Notes: generated by a model from the letters alone, not told the origin. A stretch of DNA of 64,000 nt from the human T2T-CHM13v2.0 reference genome, Homo sapiens (GCF_009914755.1 NC_060942.1); one strand, 5' to 3'. Numbered from the stretch's first letter, positions 31,800 to 44,782 are shown. A program made the numbers and translations.

Positions 31800-31930
31800 A
31801 GACTGAATTCTGGTACTATTTAGACTTAGTTTAAAATACGGGTCTTCCATTCATTAACTTCATGGCTTTGAAGAAGTCACTTCTCATCCCAGAGTCTGTT
31901 TCCCAATCTGTGAATTGGGGATAATAATAA
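31800..31930 (-). mobile_element. MIR fragment
   Basis: Degenerate MIR core (AAGTCACTT...CTGTTTCCCAATCTGTGAATTGGGGATAATAA); strand uncertain. Confidence 0.5.
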
Positions 31931-31984
31931 ATAATGAGCACACAGAGTCTATAAGGGTCATATTTGATAGTAAATGTAAAGGTA

Positions 31985-32990
31985 AATGGGACAAGATAGT
32001 GGAGTAAGACTTTCCAGCACTGTCTCCACACACACAGAAATACCAATTTAAACAATTGTCCACAGATGAAAATACCTTCACTAGAGCTAAGAAAACCAGG
32101 TGAGAGATCACAGTTTCTGGTTGTGGCACAATGATGTAAAAAGATGCATTGAATAGGGTAGAAAAGACAATTTTACATTACCCACACTACCTTTTCCCCA
32201 GTCCCAGGCAGCACAGTGTGGAGAGAGATAGCATCTGCTTGGGGGAAAGAAAGGGAAGTGAGCACAGGACTTTGTCTTGGACCCACATTGGGCCCACCAG
32301 AGTAAAACCGAGCACTGGGCAGACTCCCCAAGGACCCATATACTAGGCCAGTATCACAGACTGAGCCCCTAGACCCACCCTGGCATGAGGTGGAATCACA
32401 CAGCCCCAGGCTTCAAGCTTGTATGGTGAACTTGACCTATGGCCTGCACCAACACCAGACCAATGTCAGCAGCTTTGGGCTCTGGACAGCTCTAAGTGGC
32501 CTCTGGCTATATGCATCTCAGTATTATATTAGCCACAGCTGCCTCAGGCTTATCATCTGCTTTAGCACACATTTGTCATAGCAGGCCACAGGCTTCTGGC
32601 AATACTACGACAGCCATATCTGCCTCAGGCTACCAGCCTATACCAGGACTATACCTGCTGCAGGGCTTTCCAAGACAAAGCCAGCCTGTGAAAACTGGAA
32701 TAACCCAGTTCTGTACCCACTTCTTCAAATGTCCAGGCATCAGTGTACAATAACAAGAATCAAGAACAATCAGGGAAATAAGACATCACCAAGTGGACAA
32801 AGTAAGGTGCTAGTGACTGACCCTAAAGAAATGGATATGTATAAGATGACTGACAAATAATTCAAAATAACTGTTTTAATGAAGTTCAGCAAACTTCAAT
32901 AAAACAGAGAAACAATTTAATGAAATAAAAAAATGTAACCAGAATGATAAATTTAATAAAGATATTAAAATAATTTAAAAAATCAAATAG
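31985..32990 (+). mobile_element. L1MA/L1M2-3 5'UTR plus ORF1 start, 3' part absent
   Basis: CAAGATAGTGGAGTAAG start; AAGAACAATCAGGGAAATAAGACATCACCA...GACAAATAATTCAAAATA. Confidence 0.75.
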
Positions 32991-33498
32991 TAAATGTCAA
33001 GTGGAAATTAAAAGGAGCTCTTTAATTATAGCTATTATTATTTTTATTAGAGAAAAAACTGATCATCATTCAAAGCATATGAAAAAAATTGTGGCATGGG
33101 GATATTGAGAAAGTGTGGTCAATTTCAGCTTATAGACCCTGAATTATGTAGGTGGTATTGCATAATAACATATAATAGAGAACAAAATGAATAGGACAGG
33201 CAACAGGTGTATAGGAGTAATTGTTCATAATCGAAAATCATCAGTGCTTTATTTAGTGAAAATCAGTTATTACCTCATTTTCTCCAGGAAGATTTCATAG
33301 AGGCAAATGGTAGCAGAAGGGATTCTTTTGCCAGTGGTCAATGGGAAATCAAATCATTTTTGACATTAAAAAGACAAGCCCAGCTTTAAAAGTCTAAATA
33401 TTCCTCAGTAAATGTATACTGGAAAAATCCCTTACTACATTTATTTTCTCTCTTAAGAACTTTAAAAAGGCAATTTACATGGCATTCAAAATGGTCAA

Positions 33499-34011
33499 TA
33501 TGGTAGGCTGAATAATGGTCCTACAAAATATATCTTTTAATCACCAGGATTTGTAAATGGTACATTACATGGCAAATAAAAATACTAAGCAGGTGTAATT
33601 AAATTCAAGATCTTACGATGAGAAGATTATCCTGGATTATCCAGGTGGGCCCTAATGCAATCACAGGACTCCTTATAAGGAGAGGCAGAGAGAGACTTGA
33701 CACAGAATAGAAAGAAATGAGTGAAAGAAGCAGAGGGAAGTAGAGTCAAAAGAAAAGATGTTTTGCAACTGTCTTTGAAGGTGGAGGAAGGGGCCATGGG
33801 CTAAAGAATACAAGAAATGCTGTTCTAAACACTGGAAAAGGTCAGGACATAAATTCTCACCTCAGTCCTCTTGAGGGAGCATGAACCTGTTGTCACTTTC
33901 ATTTCAGCTCAATGATCCTTATTTTAAATTTCTGTCCTCTGGATCTGTGAAAGAATTTTTTTTTTGTTGTTCTAAACTACAAATATTTTCCAGGCATAGG
34001 AAATTAACACA
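33499..34011 (+). mobile_element. MLT1D-like MaLR LTR
   Basis: GGTAGGCTGAATAATGG...GATTATCCTGGATTATCCAGGTGGGCCC...GGAAATTAACACA. Confidence 0.85.
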
Positions 34012-34599
34012 GTAGATAAAATATATGTGTCTATATCTTTTTCTCGTAAATCTCCATTAAACATAAGAAATTTTAGTTTTTCAACAATAGCAATTAAAAT
34101 AGGAGGGATAGCATGGGCAAGAAATGTCAACAGATTTCTGGTAGATGATAAAGTGACATAAATATATGCAGAGGAGGCTGAATTGTGAAAGGGCATGGGT
34201 GCCAAGAGGAACATAAGAGAAACTCAAGAATCTGAGAGGGAAGCGGTGGTGATGGATGGAAAGGAGTAATACACAGGACTAACAAGATGAATATTTACTG
34301 AAGATTTCTACAATGTTCACTTAGGGTCCTCAAGCCCCTCTTGCTTCTACATTCAGGATGATCTCCAGCCAGACATTCACATCCAGTTTCCAAAAAAGCA
34401 CAGTTCTTTTTAAAACTAAAACTGAATAAACTGTATAGAGGGAACCAGGCAAATTTATTTGGATGCTGGTATCTGGAAGAAAATCTTGCATTTTGGCATG
34501 TTGAGGAACTGTAGCATAACAACTTCCTGACCTTTCAAGCTGAAACAAATCCTGCTGTTGGCCCAGAGGACAGAGTTAGCCATCTATCTTATTTCTTCA

Positions 34600-36600
34600 C
34601 ATTTAAGTTTAAACAGGCAACAACACATTACTGCCTTTTGAGGAAAGCCTGCAAGAGAAAAATGTGAGATAGAGAAACTGATCCAAGAAAAAAACATTTA
34701 TCAGGAAAGATAAAAAAAAAAAAAGTTACATTACAATTGTAACTAGATCCACTTTGATTTTGAAGATGTTTTATACATCAAGAAAAGGATGTCACGAATA
34801 AGGAACAGAAGACAGAATTTACAATTACAAAAAAGAAATCCAGAATTGAAATATAAAAATTAATAAAACTTCCAGAACCTATTATAAAGACAAAGACAGA
34901 AATATGAGAAGGAAGAAAATAAAATGTATAAAACAGGAGTTCTAACATCAAATTAATAGATTTTTAAAAAATAAATGGCAGGAAGGAAATTAGGAAAGTG
35001 AAGAAAACCTTCCAGAATTAAAGCAATGAGTCTTCCAATTTAGAGGCTGACCAAATACTGACAAATTAAGTGTACTTAGACATATCATTGCGAAATTTTC
35101 TCACATTAAGTATTCTTAAAATTTCCAGAGAGAAACATACTTTATAAAATGTTTTTAAAAAGACGCAGAATTAAATTGGTGTCAGACTTCCCATAAACAG
35201 CATGCAATGCTTGAAAACAATGCTCTGAGGGAAATGATTTTTAACCTAGAAAAAATACTTAGTGAAACAACCAATCTACTGGGAGAGAGACAACTTGCAT
35301 ACATTTTCAGCATACAAGGATTTAGAAAATTTACCTCCCACACTCACTTTCCTAGGAAGCTTCTTGAGGGTGTATTCTAAAAAATAAGACAAAATATAAG
35401 AAAGAGGAAGTCATGAGATTCAGGAAACAGTGGCTGAACGCCCAGGAGAAGAGTGAATGGAAGTGCCAGGACTGCAACTGCATAGCAGATCTAGGAAGCA
35501 ACCAGTCAATATTGGAGCAGGAAGATGCAAAACTCTGCAAGAAAAACCTCTGGGAAATAAAGAGGACACCATACAATAATAGTAACTGTGTGAGAGAGAC
35601 TAGAAATATCAAGAACTGGATAAAAATTTTAAAAAATGCAAGAAGAAAAATAAAGACCTACTCAAATTTCAGGAAACAAAAGTCAACAAGAGTCAAATAG
35701 AACAGCATGGGCTACAGGCAATTGAGAGAATAAATATGAATTGGAAAAATATTGTGATTAAGTTTCTATTACCAGTAATAGTGAAAAATAGAAGCAGAAA
35801 TTAGAGAAAGCCAAATAAAACTCAAGAAATACACTGTCAAAATACAAACTAAATAAAAGTTGTATCATGCTTTTAAGCATAGGCTGGGTATGAAAAGAGA
35901 TTCATCATTTGAACATGATGCTAAGAGTACTTTACTTTGGATATCTCCAAAATAGTATTTAGTATCTATAATAGAAATATAGATGGAAATGATAATATCT
36001 CATTAAATAGCCCTGTAGTAGTTAGATCATCATGATAACTTAAACAAGGTTTTTGCCATTTCAGCTTTTAGAGTCAACCTATATACAGAGCATGAAAGCC
36101 TTAATTATGGTCACGATAAATGAAAATATTATAAATTTTCATAAGGTAAGAGTAAAAACAACAGAAGTAGGGAGGTTGTTGGTATCGGGAGACATTAAAT
36201 AGAAGGAAGGGTAAAGATTCTAATACCATTATCTTAAAGAATTATGGCTTTACTTAAAGGAACAAATAGAGGTTGAAGTGCATTATTTAATGGGGCTTGA
36301 TATAAAATTTAAAGTGAGTTAGAGTAATATTTATGCAAACGAAAGATGATACAATGATATTGGTAGCGAAAGGATATAACTGAATTAAATTCTAGTCTAT
36401 CATAGTAAAAAGTCAATATATGTGGTCTTAAGTGTATAAATAAAAAACTATAGTATATTACTTAGCAATATATTAATGCTTTAATAATATACTAATGTTG
36501 GATATTGTTGGATATAGAAATGTACTACTGCTGGATACTACCAACAAAAGATTTTTATTTTTTTAATGTTAAAAAATAAATAAAAGCTCTGAAGAAGAAA
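34600..36600 (+). mobile_element. HAL1 (half-L1) remnant
   Basis: ORF1-like region then GGAAGCTTCTTGAGGGTG...AAAGAGGAAGTCATGAGATTCAGGAAACAG...AGCAACCAGTCAATATTGGAGCAG. Confidence 0.7.
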
Positions 36601-36667
36601 GGGACCAGATGTTAATACTTACTGAATCTCGATGGTCAATACACAATCCTTTGGATTTCTCTATACT

Positions 36668-36670
<3 letters not shown>

Positions 36671-36706
<36 letters not shown>
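36671..36706. repeat. (AC)18 microsatellite
   Basis: Perfect run. Confidence 0.97.
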
Positions 36707-36708
<2 letters not shown>

Positions 36709-36744
36709 TTATGGAATAAAAAAGACTCAATCAAACACAAATAC

Positions 36745-36915
36745 CAGAACTAGCTATGTGACTTAGGGCATCTTCAATTCTCTGAACATTAGCATCCTGA
36801 TCTGAGAGGTAGAGAGTAGTATCTATAATACAGTACTGTTGTAAGAATTAAATTAGTTTAAATTTTCAAAGGACTCAGTGTAGTTTCTGGCACCAGAAAT
36901 CTAAATAAATGATAG
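36745..36915 (+). mobile_element. MIR
   Basis: ACTAGCTATGTGACTTAGGGCA...TGTTGTAAGAATTAAAT...TCTGGCAC. Confidence 0.7.
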
Positions 36916-36943
36916 CTTTCTTACAGGAAAGCTATCATTTATT
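36904..36943. repeat. Perfect 17-bp inverted repeat with 6-nt loop
   Basis: AATAAATGATAGCTTTC-ttacag-GAAAGCTATCATTTATT. Confidence 0.95.
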
Positions 36944-37324
36944 CCCCTGGTGTGCAGTTGATAATAGAGAGCTGGAACCTGAGGTCCATTTATCTATATT
37001 AGCTCAAAAACAGAATTTCTGAAGACAATAGAAAAGTACCAAGCTTTATTATCTAAACTTTATAAAACACAGTCCAGAGAAGTGAAGGGTAGATCATCTT
37101 AACATAGATTTATGAAATAATTAAAACAATCATTCAAGGAAACTTTAATCAAAAAAGTATTAACAACCACCCCTTGCTCACCAATAATGTCATAATGTAT
37201 GGTTCTACAACAATCCTGTTTACTATTTTATAAACTCCATGACTGAATACTGTTAGCACCTAATCAAGCAATTAATACATCTCTGTTGAACACTTATTAA
37301 ATTCTGGGTACTACAAAACAGTAT

Positions 37325-37827
37325 TTTCAGGGATAATTGGAAGGACAGCTGAGAAAGGAATGAGGCCAATAGACCCAAGTTTCAGGCACGCTGATTTATT
37401 TTCAGTCCTGCCAGGCTACCTCCTGACAAAAAGAGAGGAGGCAGCCCCGCTTACAGGCGACAGCAGAACTTTATAGGGTGACGAACTGGGTCAGGGTTGG
37501 GGAGCTGAGTTGGGTGTGCAGGAGGGCTGAGTCGGGGTCGGGGAGCTGAGCTGGGTGTGAAGGAGGGCTGAGCTGGGGTCGGGGAGCTGAGCTCGGGGTG
37601 CAGGTGTCTTGACAGCATCCTGGAGATGTTTTTTGTCAGCTTTGTTATGTGAGGTGAACAGACACGTTTACTGCATCCTGTAACTGTCTGGACAAACAGT
37701 TAATGGAGGGGTCTGTGAAGGGGGGGTTTGTCTTTTGCTCTGGGGTAGCTGTGTGGAGAGCATAAGAGACTGTATTGTAAGGCCTGTGGGAGGGGAAGGG
37801 AATGGTCTGGTGGGGGTGACCCTAACA
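37325..37827 (-). mobile_element. LTR32-like ERVL solo LTR with internal ~41-bp tandem repeat
   Basis: Minus strand starts TGTTAGGGTCACCCC; TSD AGTAT at 37320-37324 and 37828-37832. Confidence 0.8.
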
Positions 37828-37964
37828 AGTATTCTCCAGGTTCTTATGATATGGTAGGAATATGCACAAAAAGGCACACCAGGCAGTATTTGATAAGCCC
37901 TAGACTTGTCCACAGAATTATAATTAAGACCGCCACCACTGCAAATAAAGGAGGATGTTGCAAC

Positions 37965-38150
37965 AGAAATAGCACTAGCATTGATGTCAAGAGACCTGGT
38001 TTGGAAGCCAGCTCTTTTGGGTGACTGTGTTAACACTGTCACTTAATCTCTCTGAGCCTCGACTTGTTCACTTGATATACCACCTGGCCTGACTACCTCA
38101 AGCACTGTTGTGAATGTTAAAATGAGTTGACACATGAGAAATTGCTCTTG
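37965..38150 (+). mobile_element. MIR
   Basis: GTCAAGAGACCTGG...GTCACTTAATCTCTCTGAGCCTC. Confidence 0.7.
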
Positions 38151-38213
38151 GAGGACATATAAACTCTTGCTGGGGAGTTGCTCCCAGCTGTGTCCAAGAG
38201 AGTAGTTAAATGT

Positions 38214-38306
38214 TCATTGATTTCCCCAGAACAGAGCCTCCAGTTTTCCTGCTTTCATTTCAAAAGCTAATTTCAATCTTCTTTGCTCTTCCTGATACCC
38301 CCTCTC
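38214..38306 (-). pseudogene. Candidate terminal exon of A (ERGYQEEQRRLKLAFEMKAGKLEALFWGNQ*)
   Basis: Acceptor TTGTTTTCTGTAACTGCTGCAGCAG, 80-bp intron after the microexon, 30 open codons to TGA. Confidence 0.3.
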
Positions 38307-38386
38307 CTGCTGCAGCAGTTACAGAAAACAAGATCAAATCAGCAGAATGGCTTTCTTTCCAAGGGGATAAAATTATCTTTACTTAC

Positions 38387-38398
38387 GTGTATAAATTC
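38387..38398 (-). pseudogene. Candidate 12-nt microexon of A (GAATTTATACAC)
   Basis: CCCTTTTCCTGGCCTCAG | exon | GTAAGT. Confidence 0.35.
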
Positions 38399-38686
38399 CT
38401 GAGGCCAGGAAAAGGGCAGATCTAGCTTAGTACTGCTGACTCCTAGCCCTTTACTTTTGCAATGTCAAATTGCATATCTGTCTATCCAGTGAAAATTATA
38501 GCAGGGAAAATATGGGCACTTACAACTGGAAATTAAACAGTCCACTACCCAGCATTGCCACTGCCTCTACTTACCCGCTAGTTACTTGTCAAGAGGTCCA
38601 AATTATAATTCTATTACCTTGACAATGCCAAATATCAAATTTCCCCTATTTTTCCCTTTCCCCTACTCTCCAATGTTTGATGTTAT

Positions 38687-39105
38687 TGTCTGAGTCTATT
38701 TTGTGTTGCTATAAAGGAATACCTGAGGCTGGGTAATTTATAAATACAAATAGTTTATTTAGCTCCTGGTTCCGCAGGCCGTACGAGAAGCATGGCACCA
38801 GCATGTCCTTCTGGTGAGGGCCTTAGGCTGCTTCTACTCATGGCAGAAGGTAAAAGCCAGTGTGTGCAGATACCACGTTATGAGAGGAAGCAAGACAGAA
38901 AGAGGGAGGTGCCAGGTTCTTTTTCACAACCAGCTCTGGTGGGAACTAATAGAGTGAGAACTCATTCACCCCAAGGGACCGCATTTATTTATTCTTGAGG
39001 GATCCATCTCCATAACCCAAATACCTCCCATTGGGCCCCACCTCCAACACTGAGGACCAAATTTCAACATGAGGTTTGCAAGGAGCAAATATCCAAACCA
39101 TAGCA
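38687..39105 (-). mobile_element. MSTB MaLR LTR
   Basis: TG...CA ends; TSD GTTAT/GTCAT. Confidence 0.9.
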
Positions 39106-40143
39106 GTCATTACGTAAAGTCTGAAAATATTTGTTAAATATCAGTAAATTTAGAGCAGTTGTTATTGAACAATATTGTTATTGGTCTGTTCTGGATACTC
39201 TAAATGAAGAATTATTTTCTTTAGCTAATTGGATATGCCGGTAATACCATGAAACAAGCCCAACTTTGCAAACTTTCAGCTATGAAGACCGCAATATTGT
39301 CTGAAGCTCCTCAGAATTGATGCTTTCCAAACCCAGAGAGGCAGGCTGAACTTTGCATAGAATATCTTATGAGTACAAACTCTTATAGTTTCATACAACT
39401 TCACATTTTTGTTTCTAGGCAACCAGAAACACAGAAATATGGCAGCCTCATATTTGTAATGCAGAATTCTGCTGTTTCAAGATTATTTATTGTAATAATT
39501 TCTGCCCTTTATATAAACGTATAGGGTTAAATTAGGCCCTGGCTGATTAAAGAAATGTAAAGGACTATAATTTGCTTTCCATAGGGTTCTAACTATGAGT
39601 CAGGCACCATTTAAAGGATAAAACTAATGCAAGATCCCTTCCCTAAAAAATCTTACAATATAACAGGGAGCTCTAACACTCTCATAAATATCTAAATGAA
39701 ACTGTTGACAAATGTTATCCATTTTTACTACAGCTATTTTCTTTCTTTATTTATAGTAATTACTGAGTGCCTATTATTTATGCCAAAGACTGTATGAGGA
39801 ATTAGGACTCAAACATAAGTGACGTATTATTGCTGCCCCCTAAGCTTGCAATCTAGAGAAAGAAGGAAACAATAAGAAACTGATTTTACATCATCAAATA
39901 ATAAATACTATATAAGATGTTCAGATACAATATATGGCAACACCCGAGGAAGACATTCGGGCCCTGTTTTAAATAATTCCCTCCACTTAAAATGTATTTC
40001 TCCACTCCTTACTTTGCATCGATACTCCTTTACCATCCTGGTAACTTACTCACTTTAAAGAACAAAGCTCAATGCTAACCTTTCCTGACACCACCTTTGC
40101 TATACACCTCAGGCAAATGTAGCTGCTATATGCCCTCTATGCC

Positions 40144-40539
40144 CATGTTAGCCAACTCTTGCATTGCTATAAAGAAATACCCGAGGCTGGGTAATGTGAA
40201 AAGAAGTTTAATTGGCTCACAGTTCTGCAGGCTGTATAAGCATTGTTCCAGCATCTGCTCATAGTGAGGGCCTCAGTAAGCTTCCAATCATAGCAGAAGG
40301 TGAAGGGAGAGCAAGCATGTCACATGGTGAGAGCGAGGGAGCAAGAGAGAGAGGGAGGAGGTGCCAGACTCTTAAACAACTAGATCTCGCAAGAACTTAC
40401 TCACTATCCCAAGGACAACACCAAGCCATTCATGAGAGATCTGACCCCAGGATGCCAACACCTCCTACCAGGCCCCGTCTTCATTGGGGATTACATTTCA
40501 ATATGACATTTGTGGGGGACAAACATCCAAACTTTATCA
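40144..40539 (-). mobile_element. MSTA MaLR LTR
   Basis: TSD ATGCC at 40139-40143 and 40540-40544; typical MST body. Confidence 0.9.
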
Positions 40540-40801
40540 ATGCCTGCACCAATGCTTAACACGTAGTTAGGAAATTTGTAGCCTTTTTTTTTCCCCAAAG
40601 GAATGACTCTGAAGTGAGAATACTGATATTTTCCTGTATCAAGTTTTCCTAAGACATGTACCTTTCTTCTTGAAGAACCAAAAAATATTGGCTACTAGCC
40701 ATATATAAACACTGACATTGAGTAGTTATTAAATTTAATTATTCATGATGTCTACACTATATAAATTAAACATGACATAAGTACAACTTTTTCCAGCTTA
40801 C

Positions 40802-41022
40802 TAGGGGACCACTCAGTATACAGCAAGTGAATGCATTCTGTTCAATAGCTGGAGCATATTGCCTGGTGAGCACCCACATGAACATCAAGTGCTTATGAGG
40901 TTAACGCTAAATTCCAGTTCTGTGCATTTTAAAGAGAGAACCCTATCCACACTATACACATCTGTCTGGCTCACTAACACACAGTGATTTCCCATTTTTT
41001 CATAAACCAGATTGTTAACTGC
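40802..41022 (-). pseudogene. Exon 5 of A: decayed EGF-like module (G S * Q S G L * K N G K S L C V ... GFS..KCTEL)
   Basis: Acceptor ATATTTTAAG, donor GTAAGC, 84-bp upstream intron, phase-1 start as in EGF exons; contains stops and frameshifts. Confidence 0.5.
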
Positions 41023-41106
41023 CTTAAAATATGTACTTATTCAGAGGCAACATTAAACAGCTGCCTAAAGAAATACTAGTACTAGAGCAATATCCCCTTC
41101 ACCAAC

Positions 41107-41559
<453 letters not shown>

Positions 41560-41702
41560 CTTTCAGGCAAAAGAGTTAATTTAAATGTTTGACATGTAAA
41601 GACAGATCAACATCTAAACACTACAATTAAAATTCAGAGAGTATCTAAAATGATAAGTTAAAAAATAGATAAATAAAAAAGTAAAGTAAGTGAGTTTCTT
41701 AC

Positions 41703-41779
41703 AGGCAACCTATAATTACTCTTTTTCTCTTTAAAAGCCTGGCTTTATTAGCTTTAGATGTTTTTAGCTCATGCAAAGT
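41703..41779 (-). pseudogene. Exon 3 of A: TLHELKTSKANKARLLKRKRVIIGC(L)
   Basis: 77 nt, phase 0 to 2, no stops; acceptor TTATTTTGAG (weak -3 G); donor GTAAGA. Confidence 0.6.
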
Positions 41780-41920
41780 CTCAAAATAATATTATATTAA
41801 ACATTTACAGCAGAGTTGTTGTAGATCAAAATTTTACTTAAAATATTCAGAAGCATTTCCCCCTCTCTTAGAAAGCCAATCTAGTTGTTCCTCAAAATCC
41901 ATTATATAAAAGAGTGAAAT

Positions 41921-41954
<34 letters not shown>

Positions 41955-41958
41955 ACAC
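41921..41958. repeat. (AC)n microsatellite with one interruption
   Basis: Direct reading. Confidence 0.95.
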
Positions 41959-42112
41959 TTCTCCATTAGATTTTCTAATCTAAGCATTGTAGATACAAAA
42001 CAAGGACAGCAGGATTATCAGTAAATTGATAAAATTATAAGTGCAAAATTTGTTTAGAAGCCATGGAATGTTATAATTAAAAATGAAACCCCCAAACAAG
42101 TAACCAATATCT

Positions 42113-42668
42113 TTGCTTTGGTTGATTGCTGTGTAACAAACCACCCTCAAAATTCAGTGGCTTAGGCTAGCACTTAATTATTCTCTCTCACACTTCGGTG
42201 TGTTGATTGGGTCAATATGGTGGCTCTCACTTGGGGTCTCTCATTGAATTCAAATAGCTGCTGGGGCTCCAGCTTGCTAAAGGCTTTACTGGCCTAGACA
42301 TATACAATAGCATCTACACTCACATGTCTTCTCCTTGGCTGGGTTGACTGAAATAGCTGGAGAATGTCCACGTATCTCCGTTTTCCCCATGTTGCTCCAC
42401 TGCTTGGCTAGGTTGGGCATTTGCTCACAGCGTGGTGTCTGCTGGCTTTTTCCAGGGTACTCATTCCAAGGGACCTAGGTGAAAATCTGCAAGGAATCTT
42501 ACAATTTTATCTCAGAAGTCAGGCAGTATCACTTCTACCATGTTCTTCTGGTTAAAAACAAGTTACAGGACCATCTCAGATTCTCAGATTCAAGGAAAGG
42601 AGGCTACACAGGAGTGTGAGTACTGAGATGCATGGCTCCAGTGTGAGCTATTTCTGAAGACCTGCCAG
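42113..42668 (-). mobile_element. MLT1G/F-like MaLR LTR
   Basis: TTGCTGTGTAACAAACCACCC...CAGTGGCTTA...GGCTACACAGGAGTGTGAGTACTGAGA. Confidence 0.75.
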
Positions 42669-43046
42669 TCTAACCTCTAATAGTATTTGCTTAACAATAG
42701 TGATAACCTTAATTTAATTCTAAATGTTATGTCCAATGGGTGGTACCAAAAGGGTTGGCAGAGAATAGAAATGGACACATCCCTCTGTGGATTTTATAGG
42801 ATAATGTCTCATGAAAAGATATATTAGCAAGTGAAAAATGTATTTGATTTTTAAATTTTCTGCATTTGTGAATAGTTCAAATATAAAGATAATTTATAGA
42901 TAATTCATAGGTCCTCCTTTCTGTCAATATTATCAATCACTATTCTTTAAAAAATACTTCTATAAAGAAGGTAATAAAAATATTTGTTTCATATTTCAAT
43001 AAAAATGTTGTTTTAAGGAAAAGCATTTGATGCATTGAAGTCTTAC

Positions 43047-43120
43047 CTCATTTGCTTTGGTGCATATACTAACAAGCAGCAGGCAGGCAACAAAAAAAAA
43101 AGTATTAAACAATAACATGC
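43047..43120 (-). pseudogene. Exon 2 of A: signal peptide MLLFNTFFFVACLLLVSICTKANE
   Basis: Strong acceptor CTCATTTTTCTATACCATCTTTTAG, ATG at exon nt 3, 24 open codons with hydrophobic core, donor GAG|GTAAGA in phase 0. Confidence 0.7.
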
Positions 43121-43308
43121 CTAAAAGATGGTATAGAAAAATGAGGAGTGCTATTCCTTCCTGTGACTACAAGGGATGTAACTAAATAGCCTAAGGCTTG
43201 AGGGAGCCATGTACGTCAAAGGAAACAAGCTCTCTACCACAACATGAAAAGACATTCTTCAACTCTAAACTTTTATATCTCCCTGCTGAAAAGGCCTATG
43301 TTGCTTAC

Positions 43309-43382
43309 ATTTGAGATCAGTATGACTATGCATACTAATAATATGACTTATTCCAGCAATCACTGTTTGGTTAGAATTTATA
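43309..43382 (-). promoter_or_regulatory. Candidate TATA box (43382-43376) and short non-coding exon 1 of A
   Basis: TATAAAT ~70 nt upstream of donor AAT|GTAAGC, then a 188-bp intron to the signal-peptide exon. Confidence 0.45.
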
Positions 43383-44712
43383 ACTTGATTTGGACCTGAC
43401 TAGAGATATGATTCTGTTCACTAATCCACTTTTGTCTTAGAACAAGCAGATTATGTTTGTCAGTTTTTGAATGCTATTAGGTTAATTTGATTTAGAAAAG
43501 CTAATTGGTTCAGTGTGTTATTTTTAAGAGGAAAAATGATTCCAAACCTAAGATAGACAATAGATATGTGTGCTACCCCACACTGCTAGGAATGTCTTGA
43601 AGTGTTTATAGAGTTAATAAAGCTACTCACAGAGGTGGGTGTTTCACATGGCCCCAGGCATGAATCGGACACCCCCTGAGTGTCTGCAGTTTTGAAAATG
43701 TAATGGGAGTAACAGAGTTTGTGGATTGCCTTAGAACAATGATTATATTTTCTTTTTTCTGAGATCATGTTACAAAAGGAAAAACTAGCTTCTTAAGTAA
43801 CTAGGTAAGATGGCATGCTTCAAGCTGGTCTAGTTCTTGAGGTCTCATTAAACCTAAAGATTATTTATCATGCTGTGAGTTTGAATTGCTCTTTACAAAA
43901 CTTTTTAAGATGTCAGTTTAAACACGCAAGTATACGGTATTCTAAGAAATGAGAGTTTAATAGCCTGTATTGATTCTTCTGTAAGTTTCAGGCATTCATA
44001 TGCTGCTTATAGTCTCTAGTGACTCAATGACTAATTTCTGTCTAAGCTGTATGAACATCATTTTCTTTAGCCAATAGCCAAATACTGTGTTCCATTGTTT
44101 AGCATTGGCAATAGTGTTTCAACTGAGGAGATAAGCCACAACCCAGATAGTTTGTTGCATTATGGTATATTTTGGTTTGTAAATTGTCAGGGACAATAAA
44201 TGTATGTTTTATCTTTTTTGACATATCTGTTTTCAAAGTAATTAACAATGGTCAGATACTTCTCTATCTAAAGCAATAATCTCACCTCAACCCATGGATC
44301 TTTTTGTTACTGGTTATTTGGAGTGCAAGATGCTGGCTAATACGGATCAGAAAATGAGTACTTTATATTGAAGGAGAGAAATGTATCAGGATTTGTTTGT
44401 GGAAATAGAATGCATGAAGCCATTGAATTCCAGTGAATATTTACAAATCTCTATGTCATTCTGGAGGAACGAACAGCTAAGGACAAGAAGATTGCAAAAT
44501 ATTTACTTTCTTGTGACTCTGTTTGAGGTAAGCCAGAAATGGAGTTGAGAATTGACAACGGAGCAGAGAATTCAGCTGACAATAGTAGAGGCCCAGTTCC
44601 TGGTTGTCCTGGTAACAGCACCACCTCCTTATAATAAGGGTTTTATTATGTGAAAAGACTTAAGCAAATGAAGCAACTATGGTTTAGAGGTAGAGCAATA
44701 CATGGTCTGGAT

Positions 44713-44782
44713 CAAGGGTTGGCAAATTACTGACAATGGCCTCTTTTTATGTGGCCCTCAAGTTAAGAATGGTTTCTACATG
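44713..44782. mobile_element. MER58/Charlie terminal fragment
   Basis: CAAGGGTTGGCAAA...AAGTTAAGAATGGTTTCTACAT. Confidence 0.55.

Noticed and set aside
37668-38042. 124-aa minus-strand ORF
   Set aside because: It runs across a MIR and the LTR boundary, so it is a chance chimera.
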